From the sequence record PZ386976.1: DNA of 64,000 nucleotides; one strand, written 5' to 3'. The translations under genes were made by a program, and so were the position numbers. The stretch comes from a phage. Below the pieces are notes generated by a model that was given only the letters and a program-made list of their open reading frames with translations, did not search any database and was not told where the DNA came from. Every line of letters begins with the position of its first letter. Position 1 is the stretch's first letter. This document shows positions 21,227 through 31,665 of the stretch, piece by piece.

Positions 21227-22296
21227 TTAACCAGCACCCAATCTTTTTAGGTGGTGAGAGAAAAACTTTTGACTCACTTAATAAGCACTACCCAAAAATC
21301 TTTGAACTTTATAAACAACAAAAAGCACAAGACTGGTCAGAAGATGAGTTCCCTTTTGAACAATCACGTCTTGATTTTGAGAGTGTCCCAGCATCAATGT
21401 CAGGTGTAATGCTTGAGATTCTTAAGTGGCAATGGGAAGCAGATACTCAAGTTGCTAAGAGCTTGGCATTTGCCTTTGCACCATTTATCTCTGATGACAT
21501 TTATGCAACTGCAATTATGAAGCAGTCTGAGATTGAAAACCTACATGCTCTCACTTACTCAGAGATTGTAAGACAATGTATTAAAAACCCTGAAACAATC
21601 TTAGATGAGATTAACCAGAATGTTGCTGTGCAAGACCGATTAAAAACTGTGAATCGTGTTCTTGAAGAATTACTGGATGAAGGGATAAACTACCGACTGA
21701 GTTATGTCCGTGATTCACTTCTGGACAAAGACCCTTTACACTTCCATAAAGTGATTCTGAAAGGTCTATTTGCAGTGACTGCACTGGAAGGTATATCTTT
21801 TATGGCATCCTTTGCATGTACTTTTGCACTTGATGCTCAAGATAAATTTCAGGGTATTGCTCAAGCTGTGCAGAAGATTATGCTTGATGAAATCCTTCAC
21901 ACTAAAATTGATATTGAAGTTTTAAAAGAAACTTTAAGGGATGATGAGTGGCAGAAAGCTTTTCAACAAATTCTTCCAGAGATTAAAGTAATCTTAGATG
22001 AAGTAGTTGAAAGTGAAGAGAAATGGTCGTATTATATCTTCTCCGAAGGACGTGCTGTAGTTGGCTTAAATACAAAGCTTCTTCATGAGTGGGTTTATTA
22101 TAATGCTGCCCCACTGTATGATATGTTTGGCATTCCCAGAGATTTTGTAGCTCCTAAAGAACCACCTTTAAAGTACATGATTAAGAAGATGGAAATTGAT
22201 AAAGAGCAGAATGCTAATCAGGAGCAACAGAACGGTGCGTACCTATTGAATACTGTTGTAGATGATTTGAATAGTGGATTTTTAGAGGTTCCTTAA
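21223..22296 (+). CDS. nrdB: ribonucleotide reductase class I small subunit
   Basis: diiron-ligand-like E/H spacing; start at MINQHP with RBS aaaggag. Confidence 0.8.
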   Translation: MINQHPIFLGGERKTFDSLNKHYPKIFELYKQQKAQDWSEDEFPFEQSRLDFESVPASMSGVMLEILKWQWEADTQVAKSLAFAFAPFISDDIYATAIMKQSEIENLHALTYSEIVRQCIKNPETILDEINQNVAVQDRLKTVNRVLEELLDEGINYRLSYVRDSLLDKDPLHFHKVILKGLFAVTALEGISFMASFACTFALDAQDKFQGIAQAVQKIMLDEILHTKIDIEVLKETLRDDEWQKAFQQILPEIKVILDEVVESEEKWSYYIFSEGRAVVGLNTKLLHEWVYYNAAPLYDMFGIPRDFVAPKEPPLKYMIKKMEIDKEQNANQEQQNGAYLLNTVVDDLNSGFLEVP

Positions 22297-22538
22297 TGAC
22301 TTATGTAATTTACTCCAAAACTGGATGCCCTCAGTGTGAGACTGCAAAGAATTTTGCAAAAGCTCGTGGTATTGACCATGTTGTGAGAATGTTAGGGCAG
22401 GACTATGAGCTATCAGACTTGATGGATATTGCACAGATGCCAGTTCGTCAGATGCCATTCATCATGAAAACCGATGGACAAAACCTAAAACCTGTTGGGA
22501 CGCTACAGAATTTTATGGCAGAGGTGAATAATGCTTAA
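22296..22538 (+). CDS. glutaredoxin-like protein (NrdH-like)
   Basis: 80 aa with CPQC redox motif next to nrdAB. Confidence 0.6.
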   Translation: MTYVIYSKTGCPQCETAKNFAKARGIDHVVRMLGQDYELSDLMDIAQMPVRQMPFIMKTDGQNLKPVGTLQNFMAEVNNA

Positions 22539-22737
22539 ACGCATTTGGGAAGGTTTGGTTGTTGATGCACCAGCTATTGTGATTGGTATGCTTATTGTTA
22601 ACCTATTTACTGACTTTGAACAAGGTTCATTGTTTGGAGCCATGTTACTATGGGTTATCTTCGAAATATTAGAGATACAGTTAGGTATCACTGAAAAACT
22701 AAGAGAACTCTTTGCGAAGTTTTCTAAAAAGATTTAA
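22531..22737 (+). CDS. small membrane protein
   Basis: 68 aa, hydrophobic stretches, RBS gaggtg. Confidence 0.4.
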   Translation: MLKRIWEGLVVDAPAIVIGMLIVNLFTDFEQGSLFGAMLLWVIFEILEIQLGITEKLRELFAKFSKKI

Positions 22738-22745
22738 AATGAAAG

Positions 22746-22766
22746 GGTCTCTTCGGAGACCTTTTT
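22746..22766 (+). terminator. rho-independent terminator
   Basis: ggtctc-ttcg-gagacc followed by TTTTT. Confidence 0.5.
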
Positions 22767-22785
22767 AGCATGTAAAGGGGAAATA

Positions 22786-23982
22786 ATGAACAAAGTACAG
22801 ATTATTAAAAAGAATGGCTCACTCGAAGAACCTGATATCAAAAAAGTTTTAGCAGCAGTCACAAAGTCAGCTAATAGGGTTGGGTATAAAGAACTCCCAC
22901 CAGATGTTACTCAAGCTCTTGAGTCAGCATTTATGAGGATTCTGGTAAAGTCCACTAAGCAGAATAATTTGCTAATTTCTGTAAACGATATTCACAGTAT
23001 TGTTGAGGGTGCTTTGGCAGAAGTCAATCACGAAATTTATGAGTCTTACTCAACATACAGAAATTACCGTAAAGAAGTTGCTCAAAATTGGGATGAACTC
23101 TACCAGAAGACCAAAGATACACTCTTCTTAGGTGACAGAGAGAATGCTAACTTTGACAGCAGTTTAATTTCTACAAAAGGCTCAATTATTCGTGGTTACC
23201 TGACTAAAGAAATCTTTAAACAGTACCATTTAACACCAGAGGAACTTGAAGCCATTGAAAAAGGGTTTATCTATATCCATGATTTAAGAGACCTAATTTT
23301 TGGTGGTATCAACTGTTGCCTGTTTGACATTGGTAAAGTCCTGAAAGGTGGCTTTGAAATGTCTGGCATCGAATATTGTGAACCAAAGTCTGTGCTGTCG
23401 GCCTTACAGGTTATTGGTGACGTAGTTCTTTCAGCAACTGCACAGCAATTTGGTGGCTTTACTTTAGCAGAGATTGATAAGGTACTCGTACCGTATGCTA
23501 AGAAGTCTCTACGCTATCATGCTGAGAAAGCAGCATCTTATGGTATTCCTAAAGAACATTACCACAATTATATCATGGAGCAGCTACAGATTGAACTGAC
23601 TCAAGGTTTCCAGTCACTTGAAATGAAACTCAATACTGTGCCTTGTAGCCGTGGGGATTTTGCATTTACAACTTTGACATTCGGGTTACTTGATTCAGAT
23701 ATGTCTAATGAAGATAACCGACTGCAATACATGATTGCAAGTACTCTCCTAGATGTTCGTATGAATGGACAAGGTAAGAGCAAGAAGCCTGTTGTATTCC
23801 CTAAACTGGTTTATATTTATGACCAGAAGAGACACGATGAGAATATCTGTCAAGGACACCTGTACAGTAAAGCCATTGAGTGTTGCTCTAAAGCAATGTA
23901 TCCAGATTTCTTAAGTGTATCTGGTCATGGTGCTGTAGCAGAGGCTTTTGAGCGTTCTGGTAAGGTTATTTCACCGATGGGT
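22786..23982 (+). CDS. nrdD: anaerobic ribonucleotide reductase, 5' exon
   Basis: ORF ends ...VISPMG then stop; continues in frame at 24725 as CRAFLSPYL... (reconstitutes a PMGCR motif). Confidence 0.75.
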
Positions 23983-24724
23983 TAACAAGCTCTATAGCTC
24001 ATCTAAAACGTGCCTAAACAGGGAAACTCTACAGATGTAGACAATCCTGTGCTAAATGATGTACGATGTAAGAAACTATACAACATAGGAGTCTTACATG
24101 CCAAACTATCACGTCACTGAAGATGGAAAAGTCTTTAGGGAAAATGGTGTAGAGCTTACGCAGTGGAAATCCAACACTGGGTATATGAAAGTGAGGTTTT
24201 ACGGTAAGAAGAATCGTGACATGTATGTCCACAGGTTAGTTGCTGAGAAATATGTACCTAACCCGAATAATCTTCCAATTGTAAAACATAAGGACGATAA
24301 CAAACTAAATAACCACGCATCTAACTTAGAATGGGGTACTCATTCTGAGAATGCTAAAGAAGGTTATGAGAACGGTTGCTACAAGTTCCACAAGCGTTCA
24401 TATGCCGTGAAAGCCACACACAAAGTGACAAGGGAAGTTATTGTTACTAAGTCAATACGAGAGTTATCCAATATACTTGGACACAATCGCAAGACCATCT
24501 CTTCAATATTGAAGGGTGTAAAAGAGCATAATAACTTCGAATATGAGTTTGAATACATCTAAATGCCGAACGACTAACCGTGATGAATGTAGCGGTGTAG
24601 GGTCAAGCGACTCGAAATGGTACGCTACTTAGAAATAAGTAGAAGATATAGTCTGGACTTACTGGCGACAGTAAGCAGCTTGAATAAAGCGGGGTAAGCT
24701 TAGCGAACTTACCTGAACAACAAG
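23983..24724 (+). mobile_element. putative group I intron in nrdD carrying an HNH endonuclease ORF
   Basis: 5' exon ends with T, stop codon immediately after splice site, intron ends with G; G/C-rich structured 3' region 24565-24724. Confidence 0.55.
24098..24562 (+). CDS. HNH homing endonuclease (intron-encoded)
   Basis: 154 aa ORF with His/Asn-rich HNH-like core (HKDDNKLNNHASNLEWGTHSEN). Confidence 0.6.
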   Translation: MPNYHVTEDGKVFRENGVELTQWKSNTGYMKVRFYGKKNRDMYVHRLVAEKYVPNPNNLPIVKHKDDNKLNNHASNLEWGTHSENAKEGYENGCYKFHKRSYAVKATHKVTREVIVTKSIRELSNILGHNRKTISSILKGVKEHNNFEYEFEYI

Positions 24725-25672
24725 TGTAGAGCATTTTTATCACCATATCTTAACGAGAATGGGGAAGAGTTCTATGTAGGTCGTGCTAACATTGGTGCTG
24801 TGTCTTTGAACTTACCAATGATTTACCAGTATTCTAAAGAGAATGAATTAGATTTCTGGAAAGAGCTTGATAAGTACCTAGAAATGATTCGCAGCTTCCA
24901 CAAGAAACGTTACGAAATGATTGCTAATATGCCAGCAAGTTCTAACCCTCTTGCGTTCACACAAGGTGGTCTGTACAAAGGGAATAAGAAACCTACTGAC
25001 AGGGTTGGCTGGGATATCGTGAAGTCCTTCACAGCTTCTTTTGGGGTTACTGCGCTTGATGAGCTATCTGTTCTTGCTGAAGGTAAACGACTTCATGAAG
25101 TTGGAAGCTGTAGTTTTGCATACGATGTTCTGGAATACATCAACATGAAAACTGAAGAGTTTAAAAATGAAGATGGCTTCTTATATGCCGTCTATGGTAC
25201 TCCAGCAGAATCACTTTGTGGAACTCAGCTAAAACAGTTCAGAGATATGTTTGGCGTTATCAAAGGTGTTTCTGATAAGGAATACTTTACAAACAGCTTC
25301 CATATGAATGTTGCAGCAGACATTACACCATTTGAGAAGCAGGACTTAGAAGAACCCTTCTTCCATATCTGTAGAGGCGGTAGAATCCAGTATGTAAGAG
25401 TGGCTAATCCAGAAAACTTATCAGCACTTAAGAGTTGTATTACGAGAGGTATGTTGAAAGGTTTCTATCAGGGACTGAACTTTGACTTAGCAATCTGTGA
25501 ACATTGCGGTAACAGACCAAAGGCTGATGTTGAAGAATGTGAGGTTTGTCATTCACATGATATCTCTGTGATTAACAGGGTGTGCGGGTATCTCGGGTGG
25601 ACTAAGATTAAAGGCGAATCCCGAATGAATGATGCAAAAATCGCTGAGATTCGTGACAGAGTTTCTATGTAA
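24725..25672 (+). CDS. nrdD: anaerobic ribonucleotide reductase, 3' exon
   Basis: C-terminal Cys cluster and glycyl-radical motif RVCGYLG. Confidence 0.75.
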   Translation, partial: CRAFLSPYLNENGEEFYVGRANIGAVSLNLPMIYQYSKENELDFWKELDKYLEMIRSFHKKRYEMIANMPASSNPLAFTQGGLYKGNKKPTDRVGWDIVKSFTASFGVTALDELSVLAEGKRLHEVGSCSFAYDVLEYINMKTEEFKNEDGFLYAVYGTPAESLCGTQLKQFRDMFGVIKGVSDKEYFTNSFHMNVAADITPFEKQDLEEPFFHICRGGRIQYVRVANPENLSALKSCITRGMLKGFYQGLNFDLAICEHCGNRPKADVEECEVCHSHDISVINRVCGYLGWTKIKGESRMNDAKIAEIRDRVSM

Positions 25673-25826
25673 AACTTGACAAGGTGATGTGAGTCTTGAT
25701 AGGCTTACATCACCTTTTTTATTGGATGTTAGATATGGCAGAGAACATCATTGGCCTATTCATAGGTTCTGTCTTACTAGGGTTCTTTTTAGGACTCTCT
25801 TATTGTGAATTAAGAGGCAAGTTAAA

Positions 25827-26027
25827 ATGTTTAAAATATCAAAAACGTTGATATACATACTACACATAGCAATCTTCTTCTTTGGTGTTAGTGTTATGGT
25901 GTGGGGTTTCTCAGACCCACAATGGAGCCTCTCATATCATGGTCAGATGGATTTATGGTCATGCTTCAAACCATTTTTAGGGTTAGCTATAGCATTCAGT
26001 GCATTGCCAACTAAGGTGAAATTATGA
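25827..26027 (+). CDS. small membrane protein
   Basis: 66 aa with two hydrophobic segments. Confidence 0.4.
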   Translation: MFKISKTLIYILHIAIFFFGVSVMVWGFSDPQWSLSYHGQMDLWSCFKPFLGLAIAFSALPTKVKL

Positions 26028-26419
26028 TTAAGTTGAACAAAAAACAGTTAGAGTGGATTAAAGATTATGCCTCAGAGTGTGGCTCTTGCGAAAAGAATCA
26101 CGTAAGATACTCAACATTCCATACGACCTTCACACTGTATATTGGTGACAATGTTCTAAGTGATTCTGTGGAAGATGGTGTAGCATTACCTAATGAATTA
26201 CTTGATAAACTAGCTGTAGTTTCTGGAACTTGGTCTGAAGAAGATGGTCACGAACTCTCTGATGATGTTGTATTCTACACCCTTGAAAACATCATGAATC
26301 CAGAGTACATTATGCTAATGACTTGCGCACAAGATTGTGTACCATTACAAAACTTCATTAAAGAGCACTGTGAAGAATTTATTACTAAACAGGTTCCTTG
26401 TCAGGTGGTGTTTGAATGA
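26024..26419 (+). CDS. hypothetical protein
   Basis: 131 aa ORF. Confidence 0.45.
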   Translation: MIKLNKKQLEWIKDYASECGSCEKNHVRYSTFHTTFTLYIGDNVLSDSVEDGVALPNELLDKLAVVSGTWSEEDGHELSDDVVFYTLENIMNPEYIMLMTCAQDCVPLQNFIKEHCEEFITKQVPCQVVFE

Positions 26420-26715
26420 GTAAAACAATTCGAAGAAAAGGTTTAAAGAACGTTCATGGGCTTTATGAGTGGAGAAATGAGGTACGTAACAGAGAAAACG
26501 CTTCAGATGTCTACTTCCATTCTGATATGATGTCCAGAAAAGGTGGCTCTTATGACTTCACAAGTCAGCCTTGTAGAGAGATTAAGAAGGCTACTAAACG
26601 TCTTACAAGAACACAAATAAGGCAGCTTTCTAAGACATCTTTCTTAGATGAAGACTTTGACATTGACAGCAAGTCTCCAAAGAAAGCTGCTCAGAGCACT
26701 TATATGTATTGGTGA
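26416..26715 (+). CDS. hypothetical protein
   Basis: 99 aa ORF. Confidence 0.4.
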   Translation: MSKTIRRKGLKNVHGLYEWRNEVRNRENASDVYFHSDMMSRKGGSYDFTSQPCREIKKATKRLTRTQIRQLSKTSFLDEDFDIDSKSPKKAAQSTYMYW

Positions 26716-26724
26716 GGTAACTAG

Positions 26725-27210
26725 ATGAATTACATGGAGATTAGACCATTTGACACAGCTAATGGTGAAGGGGTTCGTGTAAGCCTCTTCGTAGCTGGTT
26801 GTAAGCATCACTGTGAAGGCTGCTTTAACAGGGAGTCTTGGAAGTTTAATGCTGGTAAAGAGTTTACCTATGCAAACCTCTACGGCATCATTAAGTTAAT
26901 GGATGATAATGCTATCAGTGGGTTGTCAATACTTGGTGGGGAGCCTCTGGATGACAGAAACATTCAAGAGGTCACCAACATATGCAAGCGTATTAAAACT
27001 GTTTATCCAGAAAAGTCTATATGGCTTTGGACAGGTTTTCAACTGCACGAAAAAATTCACCTAGATGTGATGAAATATGTTGACGTGGTGATTGATGGTA
27101 AGTATGATTCATCTAAACCAACAGTTAAACCATATCGTGGTTCTGATAACCAAAACCTCTGGAGAAAAGAGTATGGGTGGCAAGGTGATTGTCAATGGCG
27201 AGCAGAATGA
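26725..27210 (+). CDS. nrdG: anaerobic ribonucleotide reductase activating protein
   Basis: radical-SAM-like Cys cluster CKHHCEGC near N-terminus; adjacent to nrdD. Confidence 0.7.
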   Translation: MNYMEIRPFDTANGEGVRVSLFVAGCKHHCEGCFNRESWKFNAGKEFTYANLYGIIKLMDDNAISGLSILGGEPLDDRNIQEVTNICKRIKTVYPEKSIWLWTGFQLHEKIHLDVMKYVDVVIDGKYDSSKPTVKPYRGSDNQNLWRKEYGWQGDCQWRAE

Positions 27211-27463
27211 TTATTCTGGCAAGTGGACTTATGACATCAACAAGTTAGATGCCTGGATTATTTATACAAGAGAAAAATTTGGTGTACATTCATTATGTGC
27301 TCTTGCAACGATTGTAAAGAATGTCACCTTTGTCATAAACAAGTCAGATAAATTTGGAGATTTCTACAGGATTCAAAACATCAGAGAAGGTGTAACTCCA
27401 ATAGGAATCACTGAAGAAGAACTTCATAAGTTCTGTATTAAACTTTAATGAGAGAGTCTAAAA

Positions 27464-27730
27464 ATGGGAATTTTAGGTAATATGAAGGCTGGCTTCTTGA
27501 AGGCACTGGCAAAAGCAGCAGCAATCATTTCTATGACTGGAAAGCAGGTTGGTGTAGATGCTTCAGCAGTTGCACAAGTTCTTGCAAGCCAAATTGAACA
27601 GCAGCCTTACATCCACGTAGGACGTGGAAAAGGTGGTAAGAAACAAGCACATCGACCAACTGGTGCAGCAGCTATTAAACGAGCAGCTAAGAAAGCTCGT
27701 AACCGTAAACGCAATAAGAAGGCTAAATAA
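27464..27730 (+). CDS. small basic protein
   Basis: 88 aa with Lys/Arg-rich C-terminus. Confidence 0.4.
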   Translation: MGILGNMKAGFLKALAKAAAIISMTGKQVGVDASAVAQVLASQIEQQPYIHVGRGKGGKKQAHRPTGAAAIKRAAKKARNRKRNKKAK

Positions 27731-27732
27731 TC

Positions 27733-28053
27733 ATGAGCAAAGTTTATAACACTCGCAAATTACAGATTTTCGTACTGTGCCAGTTTATGGCTAAAGAATA
27801 CAACTTCTACTATTGTGGCACAGGTTTTATTAGCGACGATGATGGTTCATACCTACCATTTAAAGAAGCTGTGAAGCTCTTTAATGAAGAGAAAAACTCT
27901 AAGAAAGATATCGAAAAGGTCAAGCTAACCTATAGCAAGAAAGATAAGAAGATTATCTGCCTAGATAACTTTGTAAAAGTTACTGGAGAAGCAAAAGAGT
28001 TTATGGATGAGAGTGAGATTTCATTCACAAGCATCTTGAAAGTAGCTCAGTAA
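27733..28053 (+). CDS. hypothetical protein
   Basis: 106 aa ORF. Confidence 0.4.
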   Translation: MSKVYNTRKLQIFVLCQFMAKEYNFYYCGTGFISDDDGSYLPFKEAVKLFNEEKNSKKDIEKVKLTYSKKDKKIICLDNFVKVTGEAKEFMDESEISFTSILKVAQ

Positions 28054-28104
28054 ACAGATACTATAAGGGAACCTTTACAGTTCCCTTTTTATTTTGGAGA
28101 TAAA

Positions 28105-28620
28105 ATGTATCTGTCAAACCTGAAACGTTCGGCTGCAATGTCAGTTCTAAGACTCAGCTTTGAGGAACGTCAAGAGTTCATTGACTCCCACCAATACGAC
28201 CCTTCTAACTCGAATCACATGGTTCTTTGGAATCGTGATAACTTCCGTGAAAGAGCACTTGTCCGTTATTACCCACACTACACAATAGATAACCTGTATG
28301 AATGGTGTGTTGTGAAGAACACTATTGCAACACTGAACAATCTTTGCAGGTATACAGGTAAGCAAGCATTTACATTAGGTCACCACAAACCTGTTACAAA
28401 GGGTGGTGAGCATCACTGTGCAAACTGGTTTATCCAGACTAAACTTGATAACCAGAAGCAAGGAGATAGCCTTCTAAGCATCCCTAAGATGACCTATGAA
28501 GAGCAAGAGAAATATATCAAAAATAATATGCCAGATGTGCTTGACAACAACTATACAGATTTGGCAATATCTCTCCTGTTGAAGTTCGAGACAGTTTATA
28601 GGGCAACTTACAATGGCTAA
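28105..28620 (+). CDS. putative HNH-family nuclease
   Basis: LGHHKPVTKGGEHHCANWFIQTKLDNQKQ resembles an HNH core. Confidence 0.35.
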   Translation: MYLSNLKRSAAMSVLRLSFEERQEFIDSHQYDPSNSNHMVLWNRDNFRERALVRYYPHYTIDNLYEWCVVKNTIATLNNLCRYTGKQAFTLGHHKPVTKGGEHHCANWFIQTKLDNQKQGDSLLSIPKMTYEEQEKYIKNNMPDVLDNNYTDLAISLLLKFETVYRATYNG

Positions 28621-28891
28621 AGAGAAGTGGGAGCTTTTACCATTAATCAGTGAAGGCGGTAATGGTTGTGAAATGTACATGATACGTGGTCATGTTCCAG
28701 AACCAATTGCACTTGAGATGGTAAACAACTTTACAGATGGCTCTTACAAAGACTTAGAGGAGCCAACTATAAAGCAGCAATGGGTAAAGCCTGTACCAGA
28801 TAGCACAGGTAACTGTAGTGTACTTTATCACGTTGTAGACCCTGCAAAATGCAAATCTGCAATGGCAGTAACAAACGTAACTTTTGATTGA
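28613..28891 (+). CDS. hypothetical protein
   Basis: 92 aa ORF. Confidence 0.4.
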   Translation: MAKEKWELLPLISEGGNGCEMYMIRGHVPEPIALEMVNNFTDGSYKDLEEPTIKQQWVKPVPDSTGNCSVLYHVVDPAKCKSAMAVTNVTFD

Positions 28892-29784
28892 GAGGGAAAA
28901 CTATGAAAACTGTTATTGAAGCCGTCGTCACCGCACAAGAGAAATTCTTCCACACAGAAAAATTTAATATCATTCAATTCCCATCTGGAGAAATTGGTGG
29001 AAACTTCTCTGAAGATTTTGTTAAGTTTACTGAGCGTAATGCTGGTAAGATTGATAATGTTATACTTACTGTACAGGGATATGACAAAGACACACTGTTT
29101 GCATTAGCTTTGGCTAAAGATGCCGTTGACAGTCTTGTTCCCCAGAAATCAGCGATGAAAACCGTTGTTTTCGGGTTCTTACCAAATGCTCGATATGACC
29201 GCCACATGTTCAAAGGTGATGCAGCAGCACTGAAAGTCTTTGCCAACCTCGTTAATGCAATGGGTTTTGATGCAGTATGTGCTCTTGACCCTCACAGTAA
29301 TGTTGCAGAAAACTTATTTAAGTGCTTTCAGAGCATGAAGCAAAAAGATGTTGCAGCACACTTTGCAAGTGACCCACGCATTGATTTCTTGGTAGCCCCA
29401 GATGCAGGTGCAGCTAAGAAGACTGAAAATACCGCTAAAGAAGTGGATAAACCGTATATCACAATGTCTAAGGTACGTAACCTTAAGACTGGTGAAATTA
29501 CTGGTATGCGAATCCTTGATGATGTTGATTTGACAGATAAAACTGTCATGATTCTGGATGATATTTGTGATGGAGGCCGAACCTTCGTAGAGGCAGCGAA
29601 ACACCTACGCGAAGCAGGTGCAAAACGTGTGGAACTATATGTAACACATGGAATTTTCTCTAAAGGTGTTGAAAACTTGCTTGACAACGGAATCGACCAT
29701 ATCTACACTACAAACACTTTAGGTGAAGCTAAAGACCGTGGATTAACACATTATGGTCAAGTTACTGTAGCAAACATTGATTGA
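28888..29784 (+). CDS. ribose-phosphate pyrophosphokinase (Prs)-family protein; candidate ADP-ribose pyrophosphokinase of a phage NAD-reconstitution pathway
   Basis: Prs-like motifs VAPDAGAAKK and MILDDICDGGRTF; immediately upstream of Nampt-like gene. Confidence 0.7.
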   Translation: MRGKTMKTVIEAVVTAQEKFFHTEKFNIIQFPSGEIGGNFSEDFVKFTERNAGKIDNVILTVQGYDKDTLFALALAKDAVDSLVPQKSAMKTVVFGFLPNARYDRHMFKGDAAALKVFANLVNAMGFDAVCALDPHSNVAENLFKCFQSMKQKDVAAHFASDPRIDFLVAPDAGAAKKTENTAKEVDKPYITMSKVRNLKTGEITGMRILDDVDLTDKTVMILDDICDGGRTFVEAAKHLREAGAKRVELYVTHGIFSKGVENLLDNGIDHIYTTNTLGEAKDRGLTHYGQVTVANID

Positions 29785-29794
29785 AACTTTATAG

Positions 29795-29815
29795 GGGGCT
29801 TCAAAGCCCCATTTT
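29795..29815 (+). terminator. stem-loop, terminator-like
   Basis: ggggct-tcaa-agcccc then ATTTT. Confidence 0.4.
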
Positions 29816-29830
29816 GAGAGAGATTAAAAG

Positions 29831-31612
29831 ATGACTAAATCACTTTATGCAGTACCAGCAGGTTTAAATGCGGACGCTTACAAGTCTGGCCATATATACC
29901 AGTACCCCAGTGCAACAGAGTACTTGATGTTCAACCTGACACCACGTAGCGACAAATGGTTTAACAGCCCTTTGGCAATTGACGGTGTAGTGGCTTTTGG
30001 TATTCAACGTTTTGTTAAAGATTACTTGATAGACCACTGGAATGCCACTTTCTTTGAACGTGATAAAAAAGAAGCAATTGACGAAATCTTAGAAGTCATG
30101 AATGGTGTTCTGGGTAAAGATGCTATCGGTCGGGAGCATTGGGAAGCACTTCACGACTTAGGTTATCTACCAGTTGGAGTATACGCTGTAGAAGAAGGCA
30201 CAGTTGTCCCTATGCGTGTTCCGATGATTGTTTTCCAGAACACTGTTTCAGGTTTCCATTGGGTAGCAGGTTATCTAGAAGATGCTTTCTCTGCTGAGAT
30301 TTGGAAGGCTTGTACCATTGCAACTATTGCATTGCACTACAAACGTATCTGTAAGAAGTGGGCTGACCTTACTTGTGATAACGACTTACATTTACCTTAT
30401 CAGTGCCATGACTTTGCTATGCGTGGTATGTCCGGCTTTACTGATGACGCATTTAACGCTGTAGGCCACTTAACCAGCTTTAAAGGGACTGATAGCTTCC
30501 CTGCTGTATATACAGCTAAACGCATCTACGGACAGTCTTACCCAGTCTCTGATATTGGTGGTTCTGTACCAGCCACTGAACACTCTGTAATGTGTGCAAA
30601 CATTGCTTGGGAAGGTGGTAATGAATTGATTGAAGAAGAAAGACGCTTTAAAGGTGAATTACAAACCTTCCGTCGCTTCTTAACAGAAACTTATCCAACT
30701 GGTATTGCAAGTGTTGTTTCAGATACTTATAACTTCTGGAGAACTGTGTCAGAAATCTTACCAGCACTCCGTAAAGAAATTATGGAACGTGATGGTAAAC
30801 TGGTGATTCGTCCTGACTCTGGAGACCCTGTACATATTGTCACAGGCTATAAAGCAATCCACTTAGAGTGTGCTAAGAAGGCTTATTACGAGCACCTGAG
30901 CAAGCTGGAAGCTAGTGACACAATGCTGAATGCTGTTCTGAACATGAAGCTTGAAAACATCAACTATGGTATTGCTGGATGGCTACTGTCAGAAGGCTAC
31001 GAAATGGTTGTTGACAGAGAAGACTTTGAAGTTGCGGATACAGTATTGCTAAAGAACGCTTATATGGTTGGTTCTGCAAACGTTGTAACACGCCCTGTAG
31101 CAGAGATTGATGGAGCTATTAAGACACTGTACAACATCTTTGGAGGGACTATCAACTCTAAAGGGTTTAAGGTACTGGATGAGCACATCGGCCTTATCTA
31201 TGGTGACTCTATCACACTGGAACGTGCAAACGAAATCCTGAAGCGCCTGTATGAAATGGGTTTTGCAAGCTCTAACGTAGTGTTTGGCGTAGGCTCTTAC
31301 ACTTACCAGTACATGACTCGTGACACCTTTGCATTTGCTGTCAAAGCAACTCTTGCAAGCATTGGTGGTAAAGAGGTTATGCTTGCAAAAGACCCTAAAA
31401 CAGATAGTGGTGTTAAGAAGTCTGCTTTTGGTGGTGTAGCACCTATGTGGGATGGTGATAAGTTGAAAGCTGTAGATGGCTATGGATTCCAGAGCTTTGC
31501 AGATGCACTTGAACATCCAGCTTGTGCTTTACGTTTAGTCTTTAGTGACTCTGAGCAGTACGGTTACACATCTCTTGGTGATATTCGAAATAATATTGAC
31601 AAGCAGCTTTAA
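29831..31612 (+). CDS. nadV: nicotinamide phosphoribosyltransferase-like protein
   Basis: 593 aa; NadV/Nampt-like length and N-terminal MTKSLYAVPAGLNADAYKSGH. Confidence 0.75.
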   Translation: MTKSLYAVPAGLNADAYKSGHIYQYPSATEYLMFNLTPRSDKWFNSPLAIDGVVAFGIQRFVKDYLIDHWNATFFERDKKEAIDEILEVMNGVLGKDAIGREHWEALHDLGYLPVGVYAVEEGTVVPMRVPMIVFQNTVSGFHWVAGYLEDAFSAEIWKACTIATIALHYKRICKKWADLTCDNDLHLPYQCHDFAMRGMSGFTDDAFNAVGHLTSFKGTDSFPAVYTAKRIYGQSYPVSDIGGSVPATEHSVMCANIAWEGGNELIEEERRFKGELQTFRRFLTETYPTGIASVVSDTYNFWRTVSEILPALRKEIMERDGKLVIRPDSGDPVHIVTGYKAIHLECAKKAYYEHLSKLEASDTMLNAVLNMKLENINYGIAGWLLSEGYEMVVDREDFEVADTVLLKNAYMVGSANVVTRPVAEIDGAIKTLYNIFGGTINSKGFKVLDEHIGLIYGDSITLERANEILKRLYEMGFASSNVVFGVGSYTYQYMTRDTFAFAVKATLASIGGKEVMLAKDPKTDSGVKKSAFGGVAPMWDGDKLKAVDGYGFQSFADALEHPACALRLVFSDSEQYGYTSLGDIRNNIDKQL

Positions 31613-31627
31613 AAGTATATGATAAGA

Positions 31628-31648
31628 GGCTCCTACGGGAGCCTTTTT
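31628..31648 (+). terminator. rho-independent terminator
   Basis: ggctcc-tacg-ggagcc followed by TTTTT. Confidence 0.5.
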
Positions 31649-31665
31649 AATTTCTGGAGAAAACT

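Noticed and set aside
28974-29687. Minus-strand ORFs 28974..29246, 29314..29604 and 29328..29687 opposite the Prs-like gene
   Set aside because: The plus-strand frame carries the Prs PRPP-binding motifs; the antisense ORFs lack RBS and motifs.
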